Assembly (NCBI RefSeq): GCF_004010195.1
Contig: NC_057711.1
Location: 63,938,090-64,002,089, forward strand
DNA from: Chiloscyllium plagiosum
Taxonomy: Eukaryota
Reading direction: 5' to 3'
Length of the DNA: 64,000 nt
Numbering within the stretch: position 1 is the first letter of the stretch; every line of letters starts with the position of its first letter. The translations under genes and the position numbers were made by a program. Under the pieces are notes generated by a model, which was not told where the DNA came from, did not search any database, and saw only the letters and a list, made by a program, of their open reading frames with translations. Shown here one piece after another: positions 52,050 to 64,000 of the stretch.

Positions 52050-53060
52050 CTCATGTTACTGAAAATGATATCGTAGAGTGCAGTCCAGTGTTTTGTTTCA
52101 CATAACTCTTTGAAGTTCTGGGCAGCAGCCCTCTCCTCGGCAGCCAGTAGGAGGTTGGCACATCCTCGTTGAATCCCCACTCTTCAGGCTGCCATGTGTT
52201 GTGTGAATCACCTGATGTCACTTCCTTACCAGCCTTTTCTAATTCCCTCAGGTGAAATAATCTGAATTGAGCAAGGAGTTTGAGCTGGAGAAGGAACAGA
52301 GAATAATGGGAAAAGAAGTTTGAGCAGTGCTGATGGATAGTTTCGGATCCAAGTTGATCTCCACTCTCACTCCTTCATCCTCGTTCTCCTTTGTTCCCCA
52401 TCATTGTTGTTTGCATGAGATAGTTGTGTCCCTATTGTCCTCATCACTATCTTTTCCCAACTGTGCCACCATGCTTACCTCACCCCATTGCTGATCGATC
52501 TACAGGAAAGAAGATATTAGCTGAGAATGGGATTGAAGCTTAAGGGGCTCACTCTGCCTCCATCCATTTCCCAGTATCCCTGAACAGGAAGCATGCAATT
52601 GCAATATGTTTCAGTATATGTGGACCTTGTCTACCAAAAGGACACAGGAGAGGTATCATTGCCTTCAGAAATGCTAATTTAGTTTGTTAGGTTACTTTTC
52701 AGTTTTATTGTGGTAATCCTTTCAAAAGGGGTCACATATTACAATCAATGGAAGTATAACAGCTAGAAGGTTATGGTGTTTCACAGGGAAGTCACAATAA
52801 GTGTGTTCAACCAGTAACTCAGGCAACAGCAATATACTTTTCGATCTGATCATCTGTGAGGAAGCAGCAGAGAACCTCCCAGTGACTAATCTATTTTAAA
52901 CATTTCTCCTGAACAGACAACATTAACACCAAGTTGAAGTCTTTTGGAAATGGTGTCTGGTATGGGCAGAGGTTAGGCTTTGTGGCTTTCCCATCAAATC
53001 CCAGCAAACTGAGTTAATCAATAATTCACTTTAATTGCGACAACATGTTTTTTAGAAGCC
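52050..53060 (-). pseudogene. Possible highly eroded Harbinger/HARBI1-like transposase fossil
   Basis: Short colinear motif remnants in different frames: LSVQEK (52903-52920), VTGRF, VA*VT, DFP, SIDC (52741-52752), KG-H (52710-52722), H-N-MAA*RVG (~52175-52211). Needs several frameshifts; speculative. Confidence 0.25.
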
Positions 53061-53232
53061 TTTATAATCAAGATCTCTTAGATATGTCGCCAATTAATAA
53101 GACAGGAATCAAGGCAGAAAAAATTGGATTGAATTTTTCAAAAAGTTTTCTTTCACTCCTCTAACTCTGACGTGAGTCAAATTTAAATCTTCTCTCACTT
53201 GCACCTTCACATAGAACCCTTTCTCCCTATCT

Positions 53233-53560
53233 AGATTAGATTAGATTACATTACATTACATTACATTACAGTGTGGAAACAGGCCCTTTGGCCCAACAAG
53301 TCCACACCGACCCGCCGAAGCGAAACCCACCCATACCGCGACAGTTACCCCTTACCTAACACTACGGGCAATTTAGCATGGCCAATTCACCTGACCTGCA
53401 CATCTTTGGACTGTGGGAGGAAACCGGAGCACCCGGAGGAAACCCACGCAGACACGGGGAGAACGTGCAAACTCCACACAGTCAGTCGCCTGAGGTGGGA
53501 ATTGAACCCCGGTCTCTGGCGCTGTGAGGCAGCAGTGCTAACCACTGTGCCACCGTGCCG
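53233..53560 (-). mobile_element. Young tRNA-derived V-SINE (HE1-like), full length
   Basis: A box TGGCACAGTGG, B box GGTTCAATTCC, V-domain and a (TGTAA)n(TCTAA)n tail. Confidence 0.9.
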
Positions 53561-53640
53561 CTCACTTGGACAGCACTAATCACTTTTTGATCCCACCCTC
53601 CAGCCAACTGTCACTTGATGCCAAGCTGAGATAAACAATT

Positions 53641-53803
53641 AGGCAGAAGTGGGTACTGCAGATGCTGGAGATTAGAGTGGTGCTGGAAAATCACAGCAGG
53701 TCAGGCCCTCATTCCTGATGAAGGGCTTTTGCCCGAATTGTCGATTTTCCTGCTCCTCGGATGCTGCCTGACCTGCTGTGCTTTTCCAGCACTACTCTAA
53801 TCT
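53641..53803. mobile_element. Family A insertion with an inverted 5' half
   Basis: 14-bp TSD TGAGA(T/C)AAACAATT (53627-53640 / 53804-53817); core mutated (GAATTGTC). Confidence 0.8.
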
Positions 53804-54086
53804 TGAGACAAACAATTGCCAACTCACAAGCAGATAAGGTTTGGAAGTTGAAATTGTCCAGGCCTCACATTGAGAGGTCAAGGTTCAGCATTTGCCTGAA
53901 CAAACATTGCGTGTCTGTTTTCTACTTGTGGTTAAAAAGGGGCTTGTGTACACTTTGGTGGGACTAATGGTTGACCAAATGCTAAGTAGCTGTTGGCCCT
54001 CAGACAGCTATACTCTTCAAATGCAAAAGGAGCTATGGGGATGTCAGTTCCCAGTCATGATCCCATGCACTTTGAAGAGTTAGTTA

Positions 54087-54180
54087 TTCCTGATGAAGGG
54101 CTTTTGCTCGAAACGTCGATTTTACTGCTCCTTGGATGCTGCCTGAACTGCTGTGCTTTTCCAGAACCACTAATCCAGAA
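54087..54180 (+). mobile_element. Hammerhead-family A short insertion
   Basis: 12-bp TSD AAGAGTTAGTTA (54075-54086 / 54181-54192); CTGATGAAGGGCTTTTGCTCGAAACGTC. Confidence 0.85.
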
Positions 54181-56232
54181 AAGAGTTAGTTAAAGTCTAT
54201 TTGTTAATTTCAAAATGAGAAATTTGCTGTTGCCCTTAGAAGAAATGGTAGGATAGTTCCTCGTTACCTTGATCAACTCATTGAACATTTTCCAGCGCTT
54301 GGATTGAAGACACAAGGAAACTGCAAGGTAGGCTGAGTGAATGTCCAAAAATTGGCAGAGGGAGTTTAATATAGGAAAGTGAGAGATTATACACTTGGTC
54401 AGGAGAAAAAGTGAGCCCAGTGCCAGTGCCTTCTCTTGGCATAAGTAGTCTTGTTATCCATCTCAGTTCCATGGAAACAAAACAGTCTACCTGTCCGAAA
54501 TAGAGCAAAATACTGCAGATGTTGGAGATCTAAAATAAAAACAGCAAGTTCCAGTTCTGGCAGCATCTGTGGAGAGAGAAATAGAGCTCATATTTCGAGT
54601 CCGATATGACTCTTACTTGGAACTCCATTCTCTCCCTGTCCTGGTTACTCTTCCAAACTTGTGATGTTTATTTCAACTGACCGTTTTGTGACCCTATTCC
54701 TTCTATAGTTCTCCTGTGTTAGACATTCTTAGAAAATGGCACAAAACAGTTATGTCACATGCTATCAAGCCGACTGAGCCAAACAATCTTTTTCTACTTT
54801 TCTGCTTGTGCCCAGCCTGTTGCTGCAATCTTCAACTGCATTTTTGAACTGTAAATTGTAATGTAATTTACAAGGAGACTACTATTGTTTATGTAGGTTT
54901 TAAGCCAAGTGTTGCTTTTTCATATACTTGAGCAGGTCAGCAATATTCTACTTTAAATATCTCTCCACACCAGCCAATATGTACCAGTGGGGTAACCTCG
55001 CAAGAATAGAAGGGAGGACATAAGGAATCTCAAGGGGTGTAGATATCTTGAGTGAGTGGGCTAAGACTTGGCAGATGGAGCATAAGAAGGTGAGATCTTA
55101 CACATTGGCAGGAAGAATCAAAGCCTGGCTATTGTTTAACTGGAGAGAAATTGTAAAAGAAAAGTGTAGTGCAGAGGGATGTGGGTGTTAGTATGCAGGT
55201 GCAGCATGTAATTTAAAAGACAAATGAGATTTTGGCCATTATTGCTCAGACTTTGGGGTTTAAAAATAGAGAAATCTTGTTATAACAGTACTGGTGTACA
55301 CTTGGAGTAATATGTACAGTTTTAATCCTCGTATTTAAGGAAGGACATGTTGGTATTGGCAGCTTTCAAAAGAGATTCATTAGATGATTCGTTAGTTGAA
55401 GCAATTGATTTGTCAAGAATACCTAATCAGGTTAGGTCTTTGTTCATTAGAGTATAGATGAATGAGGGAGTAATCTCATTGACATGTAGAAGAGTTTGAG
55501 AGGCCCTGACAGCATAAATGTTGAAAAGATGTTTCCACCAATTGGGAAATCTTGAACTTGGGACATAGTTACAGATAAAGGAGACACTGAGATGTGCAGG
55601 AATTCCTTCTCCCAGAAGACAATGATGATAGTCTGGAAATCTGTACTCCAAGAAATTGATAGATTTTAAAAATATTAAGGAGTTAAGGGCAATGAGGAGC
55701 TGGCACAATGGAAGAGCTGAGACGGGCAAATCAGCCATGATCTGGTTGAATGGTGGGGCAGGTTTGAGGGACCGAATGGCCTACCTTTGCTCCTATTTCT
55801 GACATTTTTATATTTATAAGCCAATTTTCTTTTTCCTGTCATCTATTTTTCCATGTGGATGCAAGGTCAGGTTTCCTAAACTGAACCTGTCTCATTTGTC
55901 ATTTTTTTAACACAGAGGGTGGTTCATGTATGGAATGAACTTCCTGAGGAAGTGGTGAATGTGGGTACAGTTACAATGTTTAAAAGATATTTGGGTAAGT
56001 ACATGAACAGGAGAAGTTGGATTGATATGGGCCAGGAGCAGGCAGGTAGGACTGATTTGGTTTGGGATTATGATTGGCATGGTTGAAGCAAAGGACCTGT
56101 TTTTGTTCTATTTAAATCTATATCCATTTAAGCCTTCCCTGTCCAGGTACCTATCAACTGCAGGTAGTCTCCAGAGAAGCAGCCATGGAGGGGTCTCTGG
56201 AAATGGACCTGGTTTTCTGAAGCTGGACAGGC

Positions 56233-56560
56233 AGGCAGGTGCTGGAAACCAGATTCTGGATTAGTGGTGCTGGAAGAGCACAGCAATTCAGGCAGCATCC
56301 GAGAAGCAGTAAAATCGATGTTTCGGGCAAAAGCCCTTAATCAGGAATAAAGGCAGAAAGCCTGAAGTCTGGAGAGATAAGCTAGAGGAGGGTNNNNNNN
56401 NNNNNNNNNNNNNNNNNNNNNNNNNNNNNNNNNNNNNNNAGTGGGAGGGGGAGTTGAAATGTTGGGCCACAGGGCGGTGTGGTTGATTGGTGCGGGTGTT
56501 CCGGAGATGTTCCCTAAAGCGCTCTGCTGGGAGAAGTCCAGTCTCCCCAGTGTAGAGGCC
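56233..56560 (-). mobile_element. Longer family A copy extending into Penelope-like coding sequence (gap 56394-56439)
   Basis: The terminal repeat is preceded on the minus strand by YTGETG and TNQPHRPVAQHFNSPSH, a GIY-YIG-like remnant; this links family A to a Penelope element. Confidence 0.7.
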
Positions 56561-58579
56561 CTAGTGAGGGGATGAGGGAGGGTCATTGTGGAAGAAAGAT
56601 GCAGCTGCACCTCCCTTCAATTCTGGTAGAATACCAACGGCAGATAGATGTGACATTTAGTCAGCAAGTTAAGAACCCCAGTGAATCAGGGGTGTGGTGG
56701 TGGGAGTGTGATGTGGAATGAGTAGAGTGATGTGGAGAATCAATCGAGAATGTAATAGCTGTCCACTCTACACCATCCCTTTGGATTACACACCTCTCCC
56801 CTCCCTTTCCAACTTCCAAACTGCTTACACTGTGTGCTCATGAAGAGGCAAAAGAGCTTTTCATAGAGGTGAACACAGACTGTTTTCACCTAATTGGTAA
56901 GGATAGTTTTCATCTTCACCATTCATTATCAATATGATCAAATTTGCATGCAGAGTAGTAGTACAGTCATTAGTCTGAGTTGTACACATTTGTGTACTGT
57001 AAATTGTAAAACTGGCAAGATGAAAATTTAAGAAAGTTAGGCTGCAAATTTTAATTTGCACCAAGGACTATTTCAGTATTAATGTTATCAAAATTAATAT
57101 CTGCGCACATTTTACCACTTTACATGGTCTCAAAAATAACCTAGAAACCCCATTTATTATATTTGTGGTGAGCGCATAAGCAACTCTGCCTATTCTGAGT
57201 TGCTTGAAACAGAAGGTAGTCCTTTTTCTAGGTGTGTTTATTCAAAAACAAGTCTCTGGCTAGGCCACTTCAAAGGACATTATGAATGAGCAGACAGTGT
57301 ATGGAGAAGCAGATTATACAGGCCAGGATCAGTGTGTTTCTTTCCTTGAAGCACATTAAGAAATCCATTGTTTTATTTTGTGACAATATAGCAGATTTCA
57401 TGTCAGTTTTCTTGGATTATGTCACAAATTATTTGATTTTGCACAGTGGAGTTTGAAGTCAGGGTATTGAGGTTAGTAACTAGTATTATAGTCAGTGTAC
57501 TACCGTATGACTCAAAATGGAGGTGAATTGTCAGAGTTTCCATGAAAAAGACAAACTACTATTGCTTTAATGTAAAGCAAAAACTGAAAGTGCTGGAAAA
57601 ATTCAGAAGGTCTGGCAGTATCTGTGGAGAGAGAAACACAGTTAATTAACCTTTCAATTCATCTACCTTTATGTGCCTGTCGCGTTCCCAGCTGCCTTCT
57701 CCCTGGCTGCACCTCCCTCCCATTTATCTCTCAGCCCGCTTGGGCCACGGGCTTCATTCCGGGGGTGGCTTGTGCTCGAAGCGTGGATGCTCCTGATCCC
57801 TATTCTAACCCCATCTTCAGCTTCCTTTTCGCTTGTATTGCGCGCATGTGTCTTACAAAGGTGGTTTCTCTGTTCTCACGGCTGGAGGTTGCAAGGCAAT
57901 AGATTGAAACCTTGTAACTCCAAATTAGTGGGGTTTTTTTAGATTTAATTTCTATAGGAACTTCTCAGAACTGACCAAGAGTCTATTTAATGTCCTCTTT
58001 CCAAGTTCAGTTTCTAGTTTGGCTCCAGGGACAGTCCTGAAAGAACAGGATGAAGAGTAACTTAAGAGCATATCATTTTGAATGCTTCTCCAGGTTAACT
58101 GGAGACTGTTGTTAGGGTTGGTAACAAGACATATGGTGTATTGGTTTTGTTAGGAGAGGGATTGAGTTTCGGAGCCACGAGGTCATGCTGCAGCTGTACA
58201 AAACTCTGGTGCGGCTGCAAAGGGTGTAGAGGAGATTTACTAGGTATGGGAGGGAAGGTCTCACGAGGAAAGGCTAAGGGAACTGAGGCCATTTTCGTTA
58301 GAGAGAAGAAGAGTGAGAGGTGACTTAATTGAGACATGTAAGATAATCAGAGGGTTAGATTGGGTGCACAGTGATGGTGGTGATGACTAGCATGAGGGGG
58401 GCATAGCTTTAAATTGATAGATATAGGACAGATGTCAGATGTAGTTTCTTTACTCAGAGAGTTGTAGGGACATGGGACATATTGTCCGCAACAGTATTAT
58501 ACTCGTCAACTTGAAGGGCAATTAAATGGTCATTGGATAAACATATAGATCATAATGGAATAGTGTGTGATAGATAGGA

Positions 58580-59548
58580 GTCATAGAGTCATAGTGATGT
58601 ACAGCATGGAAACAGACCCTTCGGTCCAACCTGTCCATGCCAATCAGATATCCCAACCCAATCTAGTCCAACCTACCAGCACCCGGCCCATATCCCTCCA
58701 AACCCTTCCTATTCATATACCCATCCAAATGCCTCTTAAATGTTGCAATTGTACCAGCCTCCACCACATCATCTGGCAGCTCATTCCCCAATGCTGGCAA
58801 CATCCTTGTAAATCTTTTCTGAACCCTTTCAAGTTTCACAACATCTTTCCGATAGAAAGGAGACCAGAACTGCACACAATATTCCAACAGTAGCCTAACC
58901 AATGTCCTGTACAGCTGCAACATGACCTCCCAACTCCTGTACTCAATATTCTGACCAAAAAAGGAAAACATACCAAACGCCTTCTTCACTATCCTATCTA
59001 CCTGTGACTCCACTTTCAAGGAGTTATGAACCTGCGCTCCAAGGCCCCTTTGTTCAGCAACACTCCCTAGGACATTACCATTAAGTGCATAAGTCCTGCT
59101 AAGATTTGCTTTCCCAAATTGCAGCACCTCTCATTTATCTGAATTAAACTCCATCTGCCACTTCTCAGCCCATTGGATCTGGTCAAGATCCTGTTGTAAT
59201 CTGAAGTAACTCTCTTTGCTGTCCACTACACCTCCAATTTTGGTGTCATCTGCAAACTTACTAACTGTGTCTCTTATGCTCGCATCCATATCATTTATGT
59301 AAATGACAAAAAGTAGAGGACCCAGCACAGATCCTTGTGGCACTCCACTGGTCACAGGCCTCCAGTCTGAAAAACAACCCTCCACCACCACCCTCTGTCT
59401 TCTACCTTTGAGCCAGTTCTGTATCCAAATGGCTAGTTCCCCCTGTATTCCATGAGATCTAACCTTGCTAATCAGTCTCCCATGGGGAACCTTGTCGAAC
59501 GCCTTACTGAAGTCCATATAGATCACATCTACCGCTCTGCCCTCATCA
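58580..59548 (-). mobile_element. CR1 LINE RT region to 3' end, with internal deletion
   Basis: YMDFSKAFDKVPH..SGVPQGSVLGPLLFVIYINDM..KFADDTK; QLYRTLVRLLLEYCVQFW; RMLPALG|NELP junction marks the deletion. Confidence 0.92.
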
Positions 59549-60067
59549 ATCGGTGGGTATGGAATTTTGTGTCGGGAATCGGTTGTCAGTGTTCACTTTC
59601 CTTCGGTGCTGGAGATTATTTCCTCGAATTCCAGAAGCAGCATTTAATGTTTTATAGGCTGTTGCATTGCTTTGGAACTTTGGCAAAAAAAAGTCAAAAC
59701 ACCAGCAGTTTTAAAAGGGAGAACAACAGACAAAGGAAGCACATGGTGTGGTCAGTGCAGGAGAGAGAGAGAGAGAGAGGGGGGGGGGGAGAGAGAACCT
59801 GCACAGTTACTGCCTTTGCTGTTTGAATCTGTGTATCGCTGGACATCGGAGTGCATGTGGGAAAATTAACAAACCATGAAATTCACAACTAATCTTGGAG
59901 GAACTGTTAGGCTAAGTTCACAGCACAGAATCAGATAAGTTAAGCATTGTTTTAAGTGTGGCCTACAGAGAATCTGTAGAGTGGGTTCTTTCTTGATTAT
60001 ATGTTTTTTGGAGATATGTCTTTTGATTAAACTTAAAATATAAGCCATAACTATTAATTTAACCTGG

Positions 60068-61720
60068 TTTGGAGATGCCAGTGTTGAACTGGGGTGTACA
60101 AAGTTAAAAAATCACACAACACCAGGTTATAGTCCAACAGGTTTAATTGGAAGCACACTAGCTTTCGGAGCAACGCTCCTTCATCAGGTGATAGTGGAGG
60201 GCTCAATCCTAACACAGAATGTTTAGCAAAAATTTACAGTGTGATGTAACTGAAATTATACATTGAAAAATTGATTGTCTGTTAAGCCTTTCATCTGTTA
60301 GAATATAGTGATAGTTTCACTTCTTTCATGTGTAAATCACAAAACCTTTTTTTTTAAGTTGCATTCTCAGGTTAGCTGTTAACAATGGTGATAGCTAGAC
60401 AATATGTTGAAGGTGTTAGCCTCCTGTGTTCTCTGTCTATGCCATGATGTTTAGATTGATTCTAATGTAAAAAGTGAGATAACAGTTTTACATAAATTCA
60501 TGCAGTTCTTGAGCTCAGAGTTCTACATGAATGCATGCAGTTTTTGAGCAAAGTACAATGTAACTCTGCAAGTACAAATTCACCGCACAAAATATATGTG
60601 TGCATGTGGGTCTTGTCTGTGTGTGTGTGTCTGACTGGGGTGGGGGTTGTGAGTGTGAGAAAGTGTGTGTGTGTGTTTGTAGTGAGTGCAGAGTGTCTTA
60701 AGTCTGTGAGGGCGTGCATGTGTGAGTGTGGGAGTGTGTGTGTCTATAAGGGTGTATGTGGGTGTCTGTGTGCGCATCTGTGTGTACTGTGTCCGTGTGT
60801 GTGTGTAGGAATATCTGTGTGTGTGTGTAGTGCAATGGTGATTACCTGTAATGTGACATGAACCCAAGGTCCCGGTTGAGGCCCTCCCTATGGGTACCGA
60901 ACTTAGCTATCAGCCTCCGCTCGGCCACTTTTCTCTGCTGCCTGTCCCGAAGTCTAACTTGGAGCATGGTCACCCAAAGGTCTGAGGGTTAATGTCCTGG
61001 ACCACTGAAGTGTTTCCCAACTGGGAGGGAATCCTCCTGTCTGTTGATTGTTGTGCAGTGCCCATTCATCCATTGTCGTAGCCTTTGCTCGGTTTCCCCA
61101 AAGTACCATGCCTCCGGGCATCCTTGCCTGCAACGTTGGCTGGGTCACATGAGTACCTGCCATGTACAAGGTGGGAGGTGTTCCCATGCGTAATAGTAGT
61201 ATCTATGTCCACAATCTGACACGTCTTGCAGCGTCCACCGTGACAGGGTTGTATGGAATTGTCCTGAGAGCCGGGCAGTTTGCTACAAACAATGATCTGT
61301 TTGAGGTTTGGTGGCAAGTAGTGGAGGTGTGGGGAAGGTCTTGATGAGGTGCGCATCCTCATTGATAATGTAGGTCACGAAGAACATGGCGTAATTTTTC
61401 AGCTCCTGGGAAGTACTGAACAACGAAGGGTACCCTGTCAGTTGCAGCCCGTATCTGTCTCCTGAGGAGGTCATTACGGTTCCTTGCTGTGTCACGTCGG
61501 AACTGGCGGTCGATGAATTGAGCATCATACCCCGTTCTTGTGAGGGCATCCCTGAGTACTTCCAGGTGTCCGTCACATTCCTCCTCACCTGAGTAGATCC
61601 GGTGTAGGGCTTGTCCATAGGGAATGGCTGTTTTAATATGTTTTGGGTGGAAGCTGGAGAAGTGTAGCATTGTGAGGTTGTGTGTGGGTTTGCGGTAGAG
61701 TGTGGTGCTGAGGTGTCCAT
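60068..61720 (-). mobile_element. 5'-truncated Penelope element (RT thumb, GIY-YIG, (CA)-rich UTR, hammerhead terminal repeat)
   Basis: LHFSSFHPKHIKTAIPYGQALH, PCHGGRCKTC, AWYFGETEQRLRQRMNGH; flanking CCTGG duplication (60063-60067 / 61721-61725). Confidence 0.9.
60156..60190 (-). ncRNA. Minimal hammerhead ribozyme motif, family B
   Basis: CAC-CUGAUGA-A-GGAGC(GUU)GCUCC-GAAA-GC-UA^GUG: intact core, 5-bp stem II, stem I CAC/GUG, palindromic AGCU. Confidence 0.75.
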
Positions 61721-61973
61721 CCTGGGGCAGTATTTGTAGAGGAATAAGACGGTGTTATTTTCTGGGTCTGTAGATTGTGAAGGAGCAAAAATGGCCTTTA
61801 ATAGAGTGATATGTACTTCTTGTCAGATGTGGGAGTTTAAACAGAGTTTATGGGTTACTGTGAATTATATCTGCCATAAATGCTGTTGGCTGCGAATCTT
61901 ATCAGATCGAATGGATCGGTTGGAGAGACAGTTAGAAGCAATGAGGAATTTTCAACAGCAACAGTATGTGATG

Positions 61974-63528
61974 CAGGTACAGCAGGTAGTAAAGAAGGTT
62001 AATAGCATGCTGGCCTTCATAACAAGAGGGATTGAGTATAGAAGCAAAGAGGTTCTTCTGCAGCTGTACAGGGCCCTGGTGAGACCACACTTGGAATATT
62101 GTGTGCAGTTCTGGTCTCCAAATTTGAGGAAAGACATTCTGGCTATTGAGGGAGTGCAGCGTAGGTTCACAAGGTCAATTCCTGGAATGGTGGGACTACC
62201 TTACGCTGAANNNNNNNNNNNNNNNNNNNNNNNNNNNNNNNNNNNNNNNNNNNNNNNNNNNNNNNNNNNNNNNNNNNNNNNNNNNNNNNNNNNNNNNNNN
62301 NNNNNNNNNNNNNNNNNNNNNNNNNNNNNNNNNNNNNNNNNNNNNNNNNNNNNNNNNNNNNNNNNNNNNNNNNNNNNNNNNNNNNNNNNNNNNNNNNNNN
62401 NNNNNNNNNNNNNNNNNNNNNNNNNNNNNNNNNNNNNNNNNNNNNNNNNNNNNNNNNNNNNNNNNNNNNNNNNNNNNNNNNNNNNNNNNNNNNNNNNNNN
62501 NNNNNNNNNNNNNNNNNNNNNNNNNNNNNNNNNNNNNNNNNNNNNNNNNNNNNNNNNNNNNNNNNNNNNNNNNNNNNNNNNNNNNNNNNNNNNNNNNNNN
62601 NNNNNNNNNNNNNNNNNNNNNNNNNNNNNNNNNNNNNNNNNNNNNNNNNNNNNNNNNNNNNNNNNNNNNNNNNNNNNNNNNNNNNNNNNNNNNNNNNNNN
62701 NNNNNNNNNNNNNNNNNNNNNNNNNNNNNNNNNNNNNNNNNNNNNNNNNNNNNNNNNNNNNNNNNNNNNNNNNNNNNNNNNNNNNNNNNNNNNNNNNNNN
62801 NNNNNNNNNNNNNNNNNNNNNNNNNNNNNNNNNNNNNNNNNNNNNNNNNNNNNNNNNNNNNNNNNNNNNNNNNNNNNNNNNNNNNNNNNNNNNNNNNNNN
62901 NNNNNNNNNNNNNNNNNNNNNNNNNNNNNNNNNNNNNNNNNNNNNNNNNNNNNNNNNNNNNNNNNNNNNNNNNNNNNNNNNNNNNNNNNNNNNNNNNNNN
63001 NNNNNNNNNNNNNNNNNNNNNNNNNNGTTTCCTGGATGCTGCCTGACCTGCTGTGCTGTTCCAGCAATAAAGTTTCAACTTTGATCTCCAGCATCTGCAG
63101 ACCTCACTTTCTCCCCTTGTATACCCTTGAGTTTAGAAGACTGAGAGGGGATCTGATTGAGACATATAAGATTATTTAAGGATTGGACACTCTGGAGGCA
63201 GGAAACATGTTTCCGCTGATGGGTGACTGCTGAACCAGAGGACATAGCTTAAAAATACAGGGTAGACCATTTAGGACAGAGATGAAGAGAAACTTCTTCA
63301 CCCAGAGAGTAGTGGCTGTTGGAATGCTCTGCCCCAGAGGGCAGTGGAGGCCCAGTCTCTGGATTCATTTAAGAAAGAGTTGGATAGAGCTCTCAAGGAT
63401 AGTGGAATCAAGGGTCATGGAGGTAAGGCAGGAACAGGATACTGATTAAGGATAATCAGCCATGATCATATTGAATGGCGGTGCAGGCTCGAAGGGCAGA
63501 ATGGCCTACTCCTACACCTATTGTCTAT
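61974..63528 (+). mobile_element. CR1 3' fragment nested in CR1 ORF1 (spans gap 62211-63026 and a family A piece at 63027-63115)
   Basis: LQLYRALVRPHLEYCVQFWSP; tail CCTATTGTCTAT; TSD TGTGATG (61967-61973 / 63529-63535). Confidence 0.85.
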
Positions 63529-64000
63529 TGTGATGGATGGCAGTTATAGGAAGGGGGAAAGTCTCAGATACAGTCACATAGATGGGTTAACTCCAGGAAA
63601 GAGAAGCAAGGTAGACAGCGAGTGCAAGAGTCTTTTGTGGATTATACCCATTTCAAACAGGTATGCTGTTTTGGAAAATGTAGGGGGTGATGGATTCTCA
63701 GGGGAACGTAGCAAGAACAGTCAGGTTTCTGGTATTGAGACTGGCTGTAATGAAATGAGGGGCACGTCTGGTTCAAAGAGATCAATTGTGTTCGGGGATT
63801 CTCTAGTCTGAGGTACAGACATACGTTTCTGTGCCAGAAGCAAAATGATGTGTTGCTTCCCTGGTGCCATGATCAAGGATGTCTCAAAGAGGATGCAGAA
63901 TGTTCTCACGGGGGAGAGGGACCAGCAAGAGGTCATTGTCCACATTGGAACCAACAACATAGGAAGGGAAAAGGCTGAGACTCTGAAGGGAGATTACAGG

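Larger units (their letters stand above)
59550..64000 (+). mobile_element. CR1 element 5' UTR and ORF1 (zinc finger, zipper, SGNH esterase) with two nested insertions
   Basis: ORF1 at ~61790 MAFNRVICTSCQMWE..YICHKC..LERQLEAMR resumes after 63535 with IVFGDSLV, CFPGA and VIVHIGTNN (esterase blocks). Confidence 0.8.

Noticed and set aside
53020-53075. Minus-strand YKGF*..HVVAIKV resembling kinase subdomain II
   Set aside because: Needs a frameshift and a stop, and no other kinase motifs or splice sites are nearby.
53480-53560. tRNA gene candidates (also ~39145 and ~43920)
   Set aside because: The A/B boxes belong to SINE heads followed by V-domain bodies; no complete cloverleaf.
60498-60867. 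Cys/Val- and Thr/His-rich ORFs
   Set aside because: Translations of the (GT/CA)-rich UTR of the Penelope element.
61752-63179. 475-aa ORF and the overlapping 297-312-aa ORFs
   Set aside because: Artefacts of the N gap (62211-63026). The real part is a chance in-frame fusion of CR1 ORF1 with a nested CR1 RT fragment.

Overview
Repeat-rich vertebrate DNA, most likely from a cartilaginous fish (inferred from HE1-type V-SINEs and shark-type CR1 and Penelope families). It holds three spliced genes reconstructed by hand. PGGT1B exons 1-2 are on the minus strand and the gene continues off the left edge. CCDC112 is complete on the minus strand (10 coding exons, 495 aa). Head-to-head with CCDC112 is an unnamed two-exon plus-strand gene for a 363-aa Myb/SANT-like (NAIF1/MSANTD-type) protein with a heptad repeat and a basic C-terminal tail. 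It resembles a domesticated Harbinger-transposon DNA-binding gene, and a possible eroded HARBI1-like transposase fossil lies tail-to-tail with it. The rest is mostly transposon debris: CR1, Tx1, Gypsy, a solo LTR, MITEs, SINEs and Penelope. The most striking non-coding pattern is minimal hammerhead ribozymes (CUGANGA-stem II-GAAA-palindrome-UH) in three distinct repeat families. One family forms about 12 short insertions with 12-17 bp target duplications (82 bp in one case), frequent inverted segments and one apparent sequence capture. There are three assembly gaps.
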